Shown here one piece after another: positions 31,263 to 41,609 of a DNA stretch of 50,560 bases. The notes beneath the pieces were generated by a model, which worked only from the letters and a program-made list of their open reading frames with translations, was not told the DNA's origin and made no database searches. Made by a program: the position numbers and the translations under genes. Source of the DNA: Thermodesulfobacteriota bacterium. GTDB taxonomy: Bacteria > Desulfobacterota_D > UBA1144 > Nemesobacterales > N074bin48. Every line of letters begins with the position of its first letter. Position 1 is the first letter of the stretch. The stretch lies in contig JBFFSH010000007.1 in assembly GCA_041572575.1 (NCBI GenBank), positions 1 through 50,560 on the forward strand, written 5' to 3'.

Positions 31263-31938
31263 TTAGTAAATCATTAAAACCTTTTTGTGACTCCGACACA
31301 AATTTTTTAACCAGTTCAGCATCTTTCTTACCGCTCAAATTTTCTACTCCTGTGTGTGTATCCACTCCGGCTGGCTTAACTACATTAATAGCATCCCTCA
31401 CATTTTCAGGGTTTAGTCCACCAGCAAGTATCACAGGCTTTGGTGAGATATTTACAATTTGCCTGCTTATTTCCCAATCGTGTGTTTTACCCGTAGCTCC
31501 GGTTCTTCCAGTTTTTGGATCGAATGTGTCAGTAATAAAATAGTCTGTAAAATCTGAAAACATATTTATTTCATCTGTTATTTCTTCTAAATTATCATTT
31601 CTTACAATCAGGCTTTTTATGATTAGCAGGTCTGGATAAAGTTTTTTAAGATTTCTAACTTCTTCTAATTTTATATGCCCATGAAGCTGGATAATATCTA
31701 CCTCTAAATACTCATAAAATTCTGAAATTTCTTTAGCATTTTGCTGGTAGGTGATTAGAACAGGTTTTGATATGGGTTTAATATACTTAATAATTTCTCT
31801 GGCACTTTGTTCAGATAAATCCTCTCTGCCATCTTTAAGTCTTAATGGAAATCCGATGTATTCAATACACTCATCTATAAGCATTAGAGCTTCTTCAAGA
31901 TTGATGACACCGGCAATTTGAATGAGATTATTTAACAT
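31246..31938 (-). CDS. trpF: Phosphoribosylanthranilate isomerase (TrpF)-like TIM barrel
   Basis: IQLHG, GATGKTHDW, LAGGLNPENV and GVDTHTGVE. N-terminal KICG motif reads QIAG. Confidence 0.75.
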   Translation of the reverse strand: MLNNLIQIAGVINLEEALMLIDECIEYIGFPLRLKDGREDLSEQSAREIIKYIKPISKPVLITYQQNAKEISEFYEYLEVDIIQLHGHIKLEEVRNLKKLYPDLLIIKSLIVRNDNLEEITDEINMFSDFTDYFITDTFDPKTGRTGATGKTHDWEISRQIVNISPKPVILAGGLNPENVRDAINVVKPAGVDTHTGVENLSGKKDAELVKKFVSESQKGFNDLLNGDKD

Positions 31939-32252
31939 TTATGACTCTTTAATGAGTTTCTAAACACCATTTTGAAAGTAAATACTAAACAAATCACAAA
32001 AATCAGAATTGCTCCAATTAACTCTATTTGTCTAATAACAGAAGGTGATTTAGTCCCAATTAGATTTTCAATAACCGTATAACATCCATATTCTCTGCCC
32101 GTGACATTATCAGCCGGATATAGCGAAAATGTGTTTGCATCAATAAAGAGTAGTAATGAACATAGGAATAATAAGAAGATGTAGATAAATTTATTAATAC
32201 TAATCCTTTTTAGATTCATTACCTGCCTCAAGATACATTTTAACATTTGCAA
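31932..32252 (-). CDS. Small hypothetical membrane protein (2 TM)
   Basis: Two hydrophobic segments; overlaps both neighbours; start may be the later Met. Confidence 0.55.
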   Translation of the reverse strand: MQMLKCILRQVMNLKRISINKFIYIFLLFLCSLLLFIDANTFSLYPADNVTGREYGCYTVIENLIGTKSPSVIRQIELIGAILIFVICLVFTFKMVFRNSLKSHKC

Positions 32253-32553
32253 GGGATTTAAAATGTTTGTTTGATTTTAAATGGCTGGTTTCTTTTAGGA
32301 GAGTAAAAATACTGTCCGAGCCAGGGTCAACATCGGCAATTAGGTCAAACTGCCCTGATTCCACTGTCGAAAATAATCCGAAATATTTTTTAACTTTATT
32401 GGGTTTAGAGAACCTGGGCTTTAATCTACTGCCCTTTTGATCAAAAAACTCATACACCCCGCTTTCTACGTCTATCCCCTCATAGTTTGTTCTGATCTCT
32501 TTAATTGTATCAACAATTTCTAAACAACCGTCTTCGGTAAATACAAAGAACAT
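32200..32553 (-). CDS. Hypothetical protein
   Basis: 117-aa ORF in a co-directional run; no motif recognised. Confidence 0.6.
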   Translation of the reverse strand: MFFVFTEDGCLEIVDTIKEIRTNYEGIDVESGVYEFFDQKGSRLKPRFSKPNKVKKYFGLFSTVESGQFDLIADVDPGSDSIFTLLKETSHLKSNKHFKSLANVKMYLEAGNESKKD

Positions 32554-32571
32554 ACGAGAGAATTTTTAAAT

Positions 32572-33228
32572 CTACTCTTCTTTTTTAGTCTCTGTTTCTT
32601 TACCGCTATTCTTGCCGTCTTTTAAGACTTCTTCTATCCTCATCGTCTGAACAACAGTTTTGTCTGCGGCAGGTTTACTTGTTGCTGGAGGTTGTTGTGA
32701 AGCAATCTTGCCGGATTGCTCGGCAAATACTCTTTCCATAAGTTTTTCAGGCTCTACGATTTCTACGTTCATATAATGCCCCGCAAGCTCTAAAGCTCCT
32801 CCACCTGCTGGCTGTCTTATGGTAAAAACTTCCTGATTTGCCTGCTTGTCATACTCGACCTTATAAACAAGGTAACTGTATATGCCGCCAAACTCCTTGG
32901 AATCATTTTTAACCTGCTTTGTATGCTGAAGCTCGTATGATTTTAAATTCCCATAGAAGTAACGATAAACCGTAAGCGACTTAAGCCAGTTTTCTTTAGG
33001 TACTACACTGAACATCTTATCTGAGTAAAGAGCTGTAGCCTTTTCAATCTCGCCGTTTTTTATATAATTAAGATACTTCTCAGCTAGAGGCTCCGGAGGC
33101 TCTATTTTTTGCTCAGGTTTACACGCATAGAGGCTAAAACTGCTAAGTAATATTAATAATGCTAGTACAGTAATTAAATTAGTTAGTTTAAAGGTATCTT
33201 TTTTATCCATAATTTTTGTATTATACAT
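32572..33228 (-). CDS. Hypothetical lipoprotein
   Basis: Lipobox LYAC, alpha/beta domain and low-complexity tail. Confidence 0.65.
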   Translation of the reverse strand: MYNTKIMDKKDTFKLTNLITVLALLILLSSFSLYACKPEQKIEPPEPLAEKYLNYIKNGEIEKATALYSDKMFSVVPKENWLKSLTVYRYFYGNLKSYELQHTKQVKNDSKEFGGIYSYLVYKVEYDKQANQEVFTIRQPAGGGALELAGHYMNVEIVEPEKLMERVFAEQSGKIASQQPPATSKPAADKTVVQTMRIEEVLKDGKNSGKETETKKEE

Positions 33229-33287
33229 GAATATTTTTTCAGTAAGTACATTTTGTAATTATTGACTTAACTTAATGCCTTTGGAAA

Positions 33288-33638
33288 TTATTTTTTCATA
33301 GACAATGCTTTGTCTATCAAAGCTTTAATATCATCTATTGGAATCTTGTCCATATCTCTAAAATTTATACAGCCCTTACCCGTCTTAATCTTGGGATACT
33401 TCTTTTTAAAATCAGAGATATGATCATAGCTGCATGTGTAGACTGAAATATAGTTTTTCTGATTTGCAATTGCCACCCAGTTTTTATCAAGATTAAAAGT
33501 AGGCATCTTGTATTTCATACTAACTTCAATGTCGGGATAATTTTGTGTAATGATATTGCTAATATGGCGAAGCTTTTTGAGTCTTTGCTCCGGGACTCCT
33601 CTATAATATCTCTCTACCTGTTCTTTTTCAGAACTCAT
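33288..33638 (-). CDS. DUF1801 (YdhG-like) protein
   Basis: MKYKMPTF, ANQKNYISVY and GKGCINF. Confidence 0.85.
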   Translation of the reverse strand: MSSEKEQVERYYRGVPEQRLKKLRHISNIITQNYPDIEVSMKYKMPTFNLDKNWVAIANQKNYISVYTCSYDHISDFKKKYPKIKTGKGCINFRDMDKIPIDDIKALIDKALSMKK

Positions 33639-34680
33639 ATCTTTGTCCCTGAACAGGTATTATAAAATCCACTCCCAGGTTGTTTAATTCATCAAGTTCT
33701 TTTCTTATTTCCTCTTTGGGATCAATACCCGCTCTGATGGTAGGTTTAATATGAGTTACAACTACGGGTAAACCTTTTAATGCCTGACCTGGAGTATCTT
33801 TATTTGCCAATTTAGCCAATACATTCAATTCGTGCATCATCCACTTCGGGGTCATGTGTCCATATAGCATATGATCGGGACGACCATTTGAAAAAGATGA
33901 TTCTAAAAATATTGCTCTAAGTTTCTTTTCTCTTACCATAGGCGCCACATATTCCCAGACACGCTTCATGTTATCCGCATTCTCTACCACATCAGGACCC
34001 GTATCACCAAAATACAAAACGCTATATTCACCCGAGCTTATAAGAAATGCAGTTGAAGGATAATGATCGTTTCCGTGGCTTAGCACAAATGATGTTACAC
34101 TCATTGCAGTTTCCGGGATAACGATTTCTTTAACTGGTAGAGCCCTTAAATACTTATACTGATTAATTTTGTGTCCTGCGCCTTCAGTTCCAAAATTTGG
34201 CCATATCTCCCAGTTAAATATATGGTCTCTTATATACTCAATAGTTTTAGGGATTCCTATGATAGTTTTTGTACTATCTGCTACTGAGTTAATTATCAAT
34301 CCGGATGTATGATCCAAATGCGCATGGGAAATCAGATATGCTTTTATATGGTGTCTTAAGATGTAGGATTCAAATTTCAATAATGAATTATCAGGAACTT
34401 GAATATCCTTAAAACTACCAAGCTCCACAGCTTTTTTTATTCCATAATAAATCGTGCCGGCATCTAAAGCTACATAGTTATTATCATTCTCCGGGGCAAC
34501 GAGGTAAGATGTCAGGTCTTGTTCATTAAGACCCCCACTGGCACCAAGTACAACTACTTTAAATTTAGGATCAACCGCAGCATCACTACGACAACTAAGC
34601 GCTGGAATTATTAAAAGAAATAATATCAATATTTTATAAAGGCATTTAAATCTCATATCAATATTATTGTAGAACATCAT
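33628..34680 (-). CDS. Class II 3',5'-cyclic-nucleotide phosphodiesterase (CpdP-like), exported lipoprotein
   Basis: LGASGG, LDAGT, SHAHLDH, FNWEIWPNF, YFGDTGPD, LYGHMTP and VTHIKP; lipobox ALSC. Confidence 0.88.
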   Translation of the reverse strand: MMFYNNIDMRFKCLYKILILFLLIIPALSCRSDAAVDPKFKVVVLGASGGLNEQDLTSYLVAPENDNNYVALDAGTIYYGIKKAVELGSFKDIQVPDNSLLKFESYILRHHIKAYLISHAHLDHTSGLIINSVADSTKTIIGIPKTIEYIRDHIFNWEIWPNFGTEGAGHKINQYKYLRALPVKEIVIPETAMSVTSFVLSHGNDHYPSTAFLISSGEYSVLYFGDTGPDVVENADNMKRVWEYVAPMVREKKLRAIFLESSFSNGRPDHMLYGHMTPKWMMHELNVLAKLANKDTPGQALKGLPVVVTHIKPTIRAGIDPKEEIRKELDELNNLGVDFIIPVQGQRYEF

Positions 34681-35870
34681 TTATTTGCAACCTCATATAG
34701 GCGTTTCTTATACAAGGGAATGAAATAATACAGCCCCAATACAGGGCCTGGAGTAAGGAGAATAAACACATACTTTGCATCAAACACGGTTAGAATAAAG
34801 TTTACTAACTCAATACTAAATATGGTTATAAAAAACCCTATACAGGTTACAATCGTAAGTGCCGAGCCCACATACTCTTTTGGCGCCGTCTGTGCAGTGA
34901 GAGTAGAAAACTGCGGAGAATCACCCGCTATTGTTATTCCCCATATGATTAGTACTAAAAAGAATATAGATTCCGGTGCGTTTATTAACAGAGGCGAAAA
35001 TAGACAACAAACCCCTGACACAGTCAATTGATAAAATGCCACAGAAGCGCTTCCAATTTTTTTTGATAATATTCCCCCTAAAGAGCAGCCTATCGAACCA
35101 CACCCTATGAATATAAAAGACCAAATCGGGATATTAATTTCAGTCCCATGTAAATTAGAATAAATGGTAAGTAGAACAGGAATAAAGGCCCACATCGCAT
35201 ATATCTCCCACATATGACCAAAATAGCCAAATGATGCGGCGCGCAGGTCTTTTGACTGGAAGATATGATAAATAGCCTTGTAATTAAATCTTGTGCCTTT
35301 ATATAGATTTGGCCCATCAGGTACTAATAAAAACATAAGAAGTCCGCCAAGTACGCATAAAATGGATACTGCGATAATTACACTGTTCCAATGAAGTGTC
35401 TCACCTAGCCCCTTTATCAAATGTGGAAATGCAGTGCCAAGCACAAGCGCTCCGACTAAAAATCCCATAGCCTGCCCAAGACCTTCCTTGTACCAGCCAG
35501 ATGCTATTTTCATACCAACCGGGTAAATACCGGCCAGAAAAAACCCGGTTAAGAACCTGAAAACAAGTAGGGTAGATAATCCGTCTGCAAACAGATAGAT
35601 ATTAAGGTTAGCTAAAGCACCAACAATGGAGCAGACAAAAAACACTTTCCTTGGAGAGAATACATCGGAGATTGCAAAAAAAGCGAAGCATAGCGTGCCT
35701 GTGATAAATCCAAATTGCACCGAAGAAGTTACCCAGCCTATCGAAGCTGGATCAAGATTCCACCCAAGCTGTAGATCTGAAATTATTGCATTACCCGCAA
35801 ACCACAGGGAAGTGCCTGCAAACTGGGAAAAGATCAGAACCGGAAGTATCCAATATGGTCTGTTATTCAA
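34677..35870 (-). CDS. MFS transporter
   Basis: About 12 hydrophobic helices; LAGIYPVGMK, GYFGHMWEIYA and DSPQFS. Confidence 0.9.
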   Translation of the reverse strand: MNNRPYWILPVLIFSQFAGTSLWFAGNAIISDLQLGWNLDPASIGWVTSSVQFGFITGTLCFAFFAISDVFSPRKVFFVCSIVGALANLNIYLFADGLSTLLVFRFLTGFFLAGIYPVGMKIASGWYKEGLGQAMGFLVGALVLGTAFPHLIKGLGETLHWNSVIIAVSILCVLGGLLMFLLVPDGPNLYKGTRFNYKAIYHIFQSKDLRAASFGYFGHMWEIYAMWAFIPVLLTIYSNLHGTEINIPIWSFIFIGCGSIGCSLGGILSKKIGSASVAFYQLTVSGVCCLFSPLLINAPESIFFLVLIIWGITIAGDSPQFSTLTAQTAPKEYVGSALTIVTCIGFFITIFSIELVNFILTVFDAKYVFILLTPGPVLGLYYFIPLYKKRLYEVANK

Positions 35871-35913
35871 AATTTATAAGTGATAATAATATTTAGGTTA
35901 TGATTATGTTAAA

Positions 35914-36411
35914 TCAGGTGCCAATAGTCTCAGTAAACTTAAAATTTGATTCAAGAATATTTATTATTTCTTCATTTTTTGCATACACCGCCCAATAGGC
36001 TGCATCCACGCACCTGAAAAACACGACTGCATTTTCTTCGATACTATCAGAGTCTGTGGGGTCAAACGTCTTCAACTTTTGTATATCATCATAACCGGCA
36101 AGCTCTACCCACTCAGAAAAAATGTATTGCCCAAAATTCTCAATAAACCCTCTGTGCATATAGTTTATTGATCTGGCCTTATCTTCATGAAGAAGATATT
36201 CTTCTAAATTCCTTTTTGTGATATTGTACTGTTCCTGTGTAAGACTTTCCGGAAAACTGTAGATGATACCTGTATGAGCCCAGTATAGCTCTGAAACAAG
36301 CTCTTCTATATTGTGTAATATTTCTGCAAATGAGAAATCCAGGGTAGAAAATTGTGACGATGCCCCGGATTCAGACATCCTTTCCTTTCCTAAAATCCTT
36401 ATGGCCTTCAT
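35914..36411 (-). CDS. Hypothetical protein
   Basis: 165-aa acidic ORF; no motif recognised. Confidence 0.6.
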   Translation of the reverse strand: MKAIRILGKERMSESGASSQFSTLDFSFAEILHNIEELVSELYWAHTGIIYSFPESLTQEQYNITKRNLEEYLLHEDKARSINYMHRGFIENFGQYIFSEWVELAGYDDIQKLKTFDPTDSDSIEENAVVFFRCVDAAYWAVYAKNEEIINILESNFKFTETIGT

Positions 36412-36426
36412 TTTGATATCCCGACC

Positions 36427-38388
36427 TTAATTTGATTCACATATGTTCTGAAATATTTCTAACTGATCATGACTCCCGATCACGGCCAGCCTGTCCCCGG
36501 CTTTAAAAATATATTCGGAGCCGGGATTTGGATTAACTCCACCACTGCCAAGTATACCTACTATTGAAACGCCCGTCTTCCTTCTTATATCAAGTTCCCT
36601 AATCGTTTTACCTAATAGCGGGCTGTCATCTGCTAGATTGATCCAGCTTAGATCAAGCATATTTGCAGCCTTCTTAAGATCGGCCATCTCTTTATATTCC
36701 TTGTTTATCCTGTAAAGAGGCTCATAGAGGTCTTGTCTTACGGCATCCTCATATTTTGTGATTTCGGCAGCGGGAACATTCAGGTGAAGCAGCGCCTGTC
36801 TTGTTATTTCCAGCCCGGCCTCAAAGTGTGGCTGTACCACTTCATACACACCCATATCGTGTAGTGTTTTTATATGCTCTATGTCTTCTGTTCTTGCCAC
36901 TATATGAAGATTCGGATTAATAGATTGAACGGTGCTAACTACAGATTGCGTTATCAGAATTGATGGAATTGTGACAATAAGCAGGCGTGCGTCATTTATT
37001 TTAGCAGCATCGAGCACTACTCCTTGTCTGATGTTTCCGAAAATTACGGGCATATCGGCATTTTTTGCGTCCAATACTCTGTTGTAGTTAAATTCGATAA
37101 TCACAAAATCAAGCTTTAATAGTTTTAATATTTTTGAGATATGTTTACCTACTCTGCCGTAACCAGCTATTACTATATGGTTATGAAGTCCTGACTTTGG
37201 GATATTCATGGTATCCATCTCTTCATAATGCAGCCTTCCCTTGAAAAAGGTATAAATCGGGCCAGTAAGACCCGAGATAAGCGGCGTCAATACCATCGTT
37301 ATTACAGCAGTGTTTAATATGAGAGAATAAAGCTCGGTGCTGATTGAGCCTGAGCTTAGACCGAGTCTTGCAAGTACGAAAGAAAACTCACCTACCTGAA
37401 ACAGTCCAAGACCAAGAGCAAAAGGTATTACGTTTCTGTAATTAAACAGAAGGCTTATTCCACTAAAGATTAAACCCTTCCCGATCATTACAAGCACTAC
37501 TAATAGCAATATTGTCTTTATATTTGAGATTAAAAATGAAGGATCAAGCAGCATACCCACAGATACAAAAAACAGGAGGCCAAAAATATCCCTTAGTGGA
37601 ACTATATCGCTTAGGGCCTGATGACCATAATCAGATTCGCTCAGCACAATTCCTGCTATAAATGCCCCAAATGCAAATGAAAGCCCTACCAGAAATGAAG
37701 CATATCCAACACCAAGACCTATTGCTGTTATGGCTATAAGAAACAACTCTCTTGAGTTCCAGCGCGCTATGTGTGATAAAAGAACCGGCAGGATTTTAGT
37801 TCCAACTAATATCATGACTCCTAAAAAGGTAAACCCCTTAAGGGCAGCTATACCAATCAAGGATATCCCAGACCCAAGGTTTGCTAGTTGAGGTAGAATT
37901 ATCATCATGGGAATAACTGCAAGATCCTGCACAATGAGCATGCCTATCATAACACGGCTTGATAGTGTACCCATCCTCCCCTGGCTCATTAGTGTTCTCA
38001 AAATAACCATGGTACTGGAAATTGAAATCAGCGCGCCAAACCATATGGAAGAGTTCCAGTCCAGATCAAATAGTCTTCCTATGCCTGCACCAAATGCAGT
38101 TGTAAGAATTATCTGGATAGGTGTTCCGAAGAGTGCAATGTTACGCACCGGGTTTAATTCTTTTAGAGAAAATTCGAGCCCCAAGGCAAAAAGCAGCAAT
38201 GCCACACCAATCTCTGCAAGAAGCTCAATATTGTGAACCTCAGATACTTCTATAAAACCTGTATAGGGACCTACCGCTACTCCTGCAAGGATAAACCCAA
38301 TAATAAGCGGCTGCCTAAGCATGCGCGCGGCAGAACCTCCGATAAGCGCTGCTACGATAATGATAGCTATATCAGCTGCAATTCCCAT
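36427..38388 (-). CDS. CPA2 cation:proton antiporter with TrkA-N and TrkA-C domains (YbaL/Kef-like)
   Basis: [45 protein letters not shown] and a C-terminal RCK-C domain. Confidence 0.92.
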   Translation of the reverse strand: MGIAADIAIIIVAALIGGSAARMLRQPLIIGFILAGVAVGPYTGFIEVSEVHNIELLAEIGVALLLFALGLEFSLKELNPVRNIALFGTPIQIILTTAFGAGIGRLFDLDWNSSIWFGALISISSTMVILRTLMSQGRMGTLSSRVMIGMLIVQDLAVIPMMIILPQLANLGSGISLIGIAALKGFTFLGVMILVGTKILPVLLSHIARWNSRELFLIAITAIGLGVGYASFLVGLSFAFGAFIAGIVLSESDYGHQALSDIVPLRDIFGLLFFVSVGMLLDPSFLISNIKTILLLVVLVMIGKGLIFSGISLLFNYRNVIPFALGLGLFQVGEFSFVLARLGLSSGSISTELYSLILNTAVITMVLTPLISGLTGPIYTFFKGRLHYEEMDTMNIPKSGLHNHIVIAGYGRVGKHISKILKLLKLDFVIIEFNYNRVLDAKNADMPVIFGNIRQGVVLDAAKINDARLLIVTIPSILITQSVVSTVQSINPNLHIVARTEDIEHIKTLHDMGVYEVVQPHFEAGLEITRQALLHLNVPAAEITKYEDAVRQDLYEPLYRINKEYKEMADLKKAANMLDLSWINLADDSPLLGKTIRELDIRRKTGVSIVGILGSGGVNPNPGSEYIFKAGDRLAVIGSHDQLEIFQNICESN

Positions 38389-38509
38389 AGCTATCTATTT
38401 TACCTGTCTATCGAACAAAAATTAGATTCATAAGAAATTTGTAAAGATAGTGGACTGTTACTGAATAATATGATCTTGCTTAGTACATCACTTATGATAC
38501 ACTTTCTGT

Positions 38510-38737
38510 ATGCCAACAAAAAACCCCCGAATTAACATTGTATTAGAAAAGCCGCTTTATAATGCGATTAAGAAGATCGCAAAAAAGGAAGGTATATCCA
38601 TCTCATTAAAGGCCAGGGATTTTATTCGAGAAGCATTAGAAACTCACGAAGATGCCCTGCTGGATGAAATTGCATCAGAAAGAGAAAAGGGCTTTTCAAA
38701 AGAAAAAGCTCTCTCTCATGAAGATATTTGGTCTTAA
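38510..38737 (+). CDS. Type II antitoxin (ribbon-helix-helix)
   Basis: RINIVL beta strand plus two helices, acidic tail ending LSHEDIW; directly upstream of the toxin. Confidence 0.85.
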   Translation: MPTKNPRINIVLEKPLYNAIKKIAKKEGISISLKARDFIREALETHEDALLDEIASEREKGFSKEKALSHEDIWS

Positions 38738-38749
38738 TACAATCATGCC

Positions 38750-39025
38750 ATGGCATACTCTATAATTTATCATCCAGATGTTAAAGATGACATTAAGAAA
38801 TTTGACAGTAAGATAAAACAAAGAGTACAAGATGCAATTGAACAAAGACTCTCTACTGAGCCAGAAAAATATGGAAAACCACTTAGAAAGTCACTAAAAG
38901 GATTCTGGAAGCTAAGAGTTGGAGACATAAGAATTGTGTTTAAGATTCTAAAAAGCGAAATAGTAGTTCTAGCAATCTTGAATAGAAAAGAAGTTTATGA
39001 ACGGATCAACAAACGAATAGAGTAA
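38750..39025 (+). CDS. relE: Type II toxin, RelE/ParE family
   Basis: GKPLRKSLKGFWKLRVGDIRIVF...RKEVY. Confidence 0.9.
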   Translation: MAYSIIYHPDVKDDIKKFDSKIKQRVQDAIEQRLSTEPEKYGKPLRKSLKGFWKLRVGDIRIVFKILKSEIVVLAILNRKEVYERINKRIE

Positions 39026-39034
39026 TAATTATTA

Positions 39035-39628
39035 TTAGATCTCATCCTCAGCAATCCAGTGCTGGACCTGAGGGGGTTTGTATTGTTCGAATTTTCCTAA
39101 CAGTGCTGAGGGGTCCGTTTCGACAATGAGCATCCTTCTGTATATATCCATAAAAAACTTTTCTTCTGATGTATGGTTTAAAAATTCGATGAGCTTGTCA
39201 TAAAACCCGAGCACATTGATTATGCCACAGGGTTTGCTGTGAAACCCAAGCTGACTCCATGTGAGCATTTCGAAGGTTTCTTCAATTGTTCCTATACCAC
39301 CCGGAAGCGAAATAAACCCATTAGATAGCTGTGCCATCTTGGCTTTTCTCTCATGCATCGACCCCACCACTATAAGATCAGTAATTGTATCATGAGCCAC
39401 CTCTTTTAAGGCAAGTGCTTCAGGAATAATTCCAATAACTTTACCACCAAGCTCAATTGCTCTCTCGGCAATCACTCCCATAAGCCCGATTCTGCCACCG
39501 CCATAAACAATCTCTATATCATGTGAAACAAGCTCCTCGGCAAGTTTTCTTGCCGCTTCAGCATACTCAGGTTTATTGCCTTTATTTGCTCCGCAGAATA
39601 CACATATTCTTTTCATTTTTCGTTCCAT
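39035..39628 (-). CDS. LOG family nucleoside-monophosphate phosphoribohydrolase
   Basis: VYGGGRIGLMG, MHERKAKM and PGGIGTIEE. Confidence 0.93.
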   Translation of the reverse strand: MERKMKRICVFCGANKGNKPEYAEAARKLAEELVSHDIEIVYGGGRIGLMGVIAERAIELGGKVIGIIPEALALKEVAHDTITDLIVVGSMHERKAKMAQLSNGFISLPGGIGTIEETFEMLTWSQLGFHSKPCGIINVLGFYDKLIEFLNHTSEEKFFMDIYRRMLIVETDPSALLGKFEQYKPPQVQHWIAEDEI

Positions 39629-39711
39629 TGTATTTAATTGGGCAGAAGATAACTGGCACGTTAATAATATTCAATCAAGTTTAGTAAAGTTAGTTTAGCG
39701 AATTACTTAGA

Positions 39712-40209
39712 TTATTCAGATTTATCTTCCAGTCCCAGACGCTCGTGCCAGCCGGCGATTGATTCGTCCGGGTATTCGGGATGCTCTTTATCTGCTGAGC
39801 CTTTTTGAACTTCAACCCAGCCGGCTTTATATTCAAGCATTATATGGGTTTTTTCAGGAGGCGTAGGAAGCTCTGTATCTATTGCACTTGCAAATGGATG
39901 CACCTGCTCCGGCCACCTTGGGTCCCAGACAAAGAGCGAGCTTCCACATTTTCTGCAAAAACTTCTTTCTGCAGGGCTCTTCTTGTCTTCCTTTGCATCT
40001 TTATCATTCAGGTAAGCTCGGTAAACAGTGATATTTTCCTTACCCTCAACTTTTAGTGTGCTGTAATCGCCGTTGAGATTTATTGCATACCCGCCTCCGC
40101 CTGCAGTTTTCCTGCAAATAGAGCAGTAGCAATACATATACGGATACGGATGCTGACTTTCTACACTGAATTTAACAGCTTTGCAGTGGCATGAACCTTC
40201 TAATTTCAA
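39712..40209 (-). CDS. GFA family Zn-binding protein
   Basis: GSCHC, CYCSICRK and FCRKCGS. Confidence 0.9.
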   Translation of the reverse strand: MKLEGSCHCKAVKFSVESQHPYPYMYCYCSICRKTAGGGGYAINLNGDYSTLKVEGKENITVYRAYLNDKDAKEDKKSPAERSFCRKCGSSLFVWDPRWPEQVHPFASAIDTELPTPPEKTHIMLEYKAGWVEVQKGSADKEHPEYPDESIAGWHERLGLEDKSE

Positions 40210-40227
40210 TATGACTCCCGGACTAAT

Positions 40228-41082
40228 TTATTTTTTAGCCATGATAAACCATGTACTCGATGGAAGATAAACTCCGTCTTCCCTGAGTGTCTTTCTCATT
40301 TCATCTTCCATGTCCTTCCTCACCTCTGGAAGCTTCTCTTTTCCAAGCTCACCGGCTTCTCTTATAATTTCTCCTGAGGGGCCTACTAGTATCTGAAAGT
40401 CAACGGCTTCTTCAAGGCTGGTACCAACACACACCTCGGCATCATTTCTTTTGAACAGCACAACATTATCAAATCCGGCTGCCTTTAGAATTTCTCTGTC
40501 AGTGTCTTCATTAGCCAGGAAAAACGGGCCCGGACCGCATGTTGCCGCATTTTCTCCCGGAGGAGGCAGGTGCTTTAGAGCTATCTGTTTTCCAAGCCCC
40601 CAGCAAGGGTTGTCATCTATAGTACGCCATACGATCATACATACCTTTCCACCAGGTTTAAGAGTCTTATGAGCATTCTTAAGGGCATAAACAACATTTT
40701 GAAAAAACATCACACCAAAGCGTGAATATACTACGTCATAGTAGTTTTCGGGCAGATCATATGTCTGCGCATCGCCAAGCTCAAACCTCACGTTTGTAAG
40801 CCCGGCCTCATCTCTTTCTTTGTTGGCAATATCCAAAAAAGCCTGTGTACAGTCCAGCCCGAGCACTTCACCCTCCGGGCCTACTATGCGTCCTATATCC
40901 AGGCATGTCTCGCCATAACCACATCCAATATCAAGAACTTTGTCACCGGGCTGAATATCAAAGTCGGCAAAAGCCATATCGCTGTGCACTCCGCCGTTTC
41001 CTGAAAGTATGTGGCGGAATCTGTTCCATTTTGGAACAAGTATCTCGTTCCAACAGTTTATAAAATCATTGTTTGCATCCAT
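40228..41082 (-). CDS. Class I SAM-dependent methyltransferase
   Basis: VLDIGCGYG, GDAQ, SRFGVMFF and LKPGG. Confidence 0.92.
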   Translation of the reverse strand: MDANNDFINCWNEILVPKWNRFRHILSGNGGVHSDMAFADFDIQPGDKVLDIGCGYGETCLDIGRIVGPEGEVLGLDCTQAFLDIANKERDEAGLTNVRFELGDAQTYDLPENYYDVVYSRFGVMFFQNVVYALKNAHKTLKPGGKVCMIVWRTIDDNPCWGLGKQIALKHLPPPGENAATCGPGPFFLANEDTDREILKAAGFDNVVLFKRNDAEVCVGTSLEEAVDFQILVGPSGEIIREAGELGKEKLPEVRKDMEDEMRKTLREDGVYLPSSTWFIMAKK

Positions 41083-41183
41083 ATTATTTCTCTCCCATAG
41101 ATACTGCTAAGATATATTAATTATAATACTATTAATAAAAAGTTATAGTCTTTTTAGTAACTAATACATTATATTTAATTACA

Positions 41184-41537
41184 ATGTGTGAAGATATTCT
41201 TTCCAGACTTAGCAAATCAAAATTCAGGAGGAGTTTCAGACTCAAAGGAAAGGAGCTTGAGTATTATAAAGCCAAGGGACACGATGAAATATTTAATCAT
41301 GCAAGGGATTTTATTGAAAGCAGACTTGCACCCGCGGATATCCCAAATGACGGCAAGCAGACTCCTTTCAGAAATCACCCAGTGTTTGTTGCCCAGCATG
41401 CTACAGCTACCTGCTGTAGAGGATGTCTTGAGAAGTGGCATGGGATTAAAAAAGGGAAAGAATTATGCGAGGAAGAAATTGAATATGTAGTTAATATGAT
41501 TGGAAAGTGGTTGGAAAATCAAAATGAAAATAATTAA
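41184..41537 (+). CDS. DUF4186 family protein
   Basis: SKFRRSF, NDGKQTP..HPVFVAQHATATCCRGCLEKWH. Confidence 0.88.
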   Translation: MCEDILSRLSKSKFRRSFRLKGKELEYYKAKGHDEIFNHARDFIESRLAPADIPNDGKQTPFRNHPVFVAQHATATCCRGCLEKWHGIKKGKELCEEEIEYVVNMIGKWLENQNENN

Positions 41538-41609
41538 TTTATTTATCTGTATCTTAATAATAAATCTGTTAAATTAAATACTTCAAATTTTAAATATACG
41601 GAGAATATT

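Noticed and set aside
29012..39025. Integron-like cassette array (co-directional small genes plus TA pair)
   Set aside because: Genes overlap or have very short spacers; no attC-like repeats or integrase seen.
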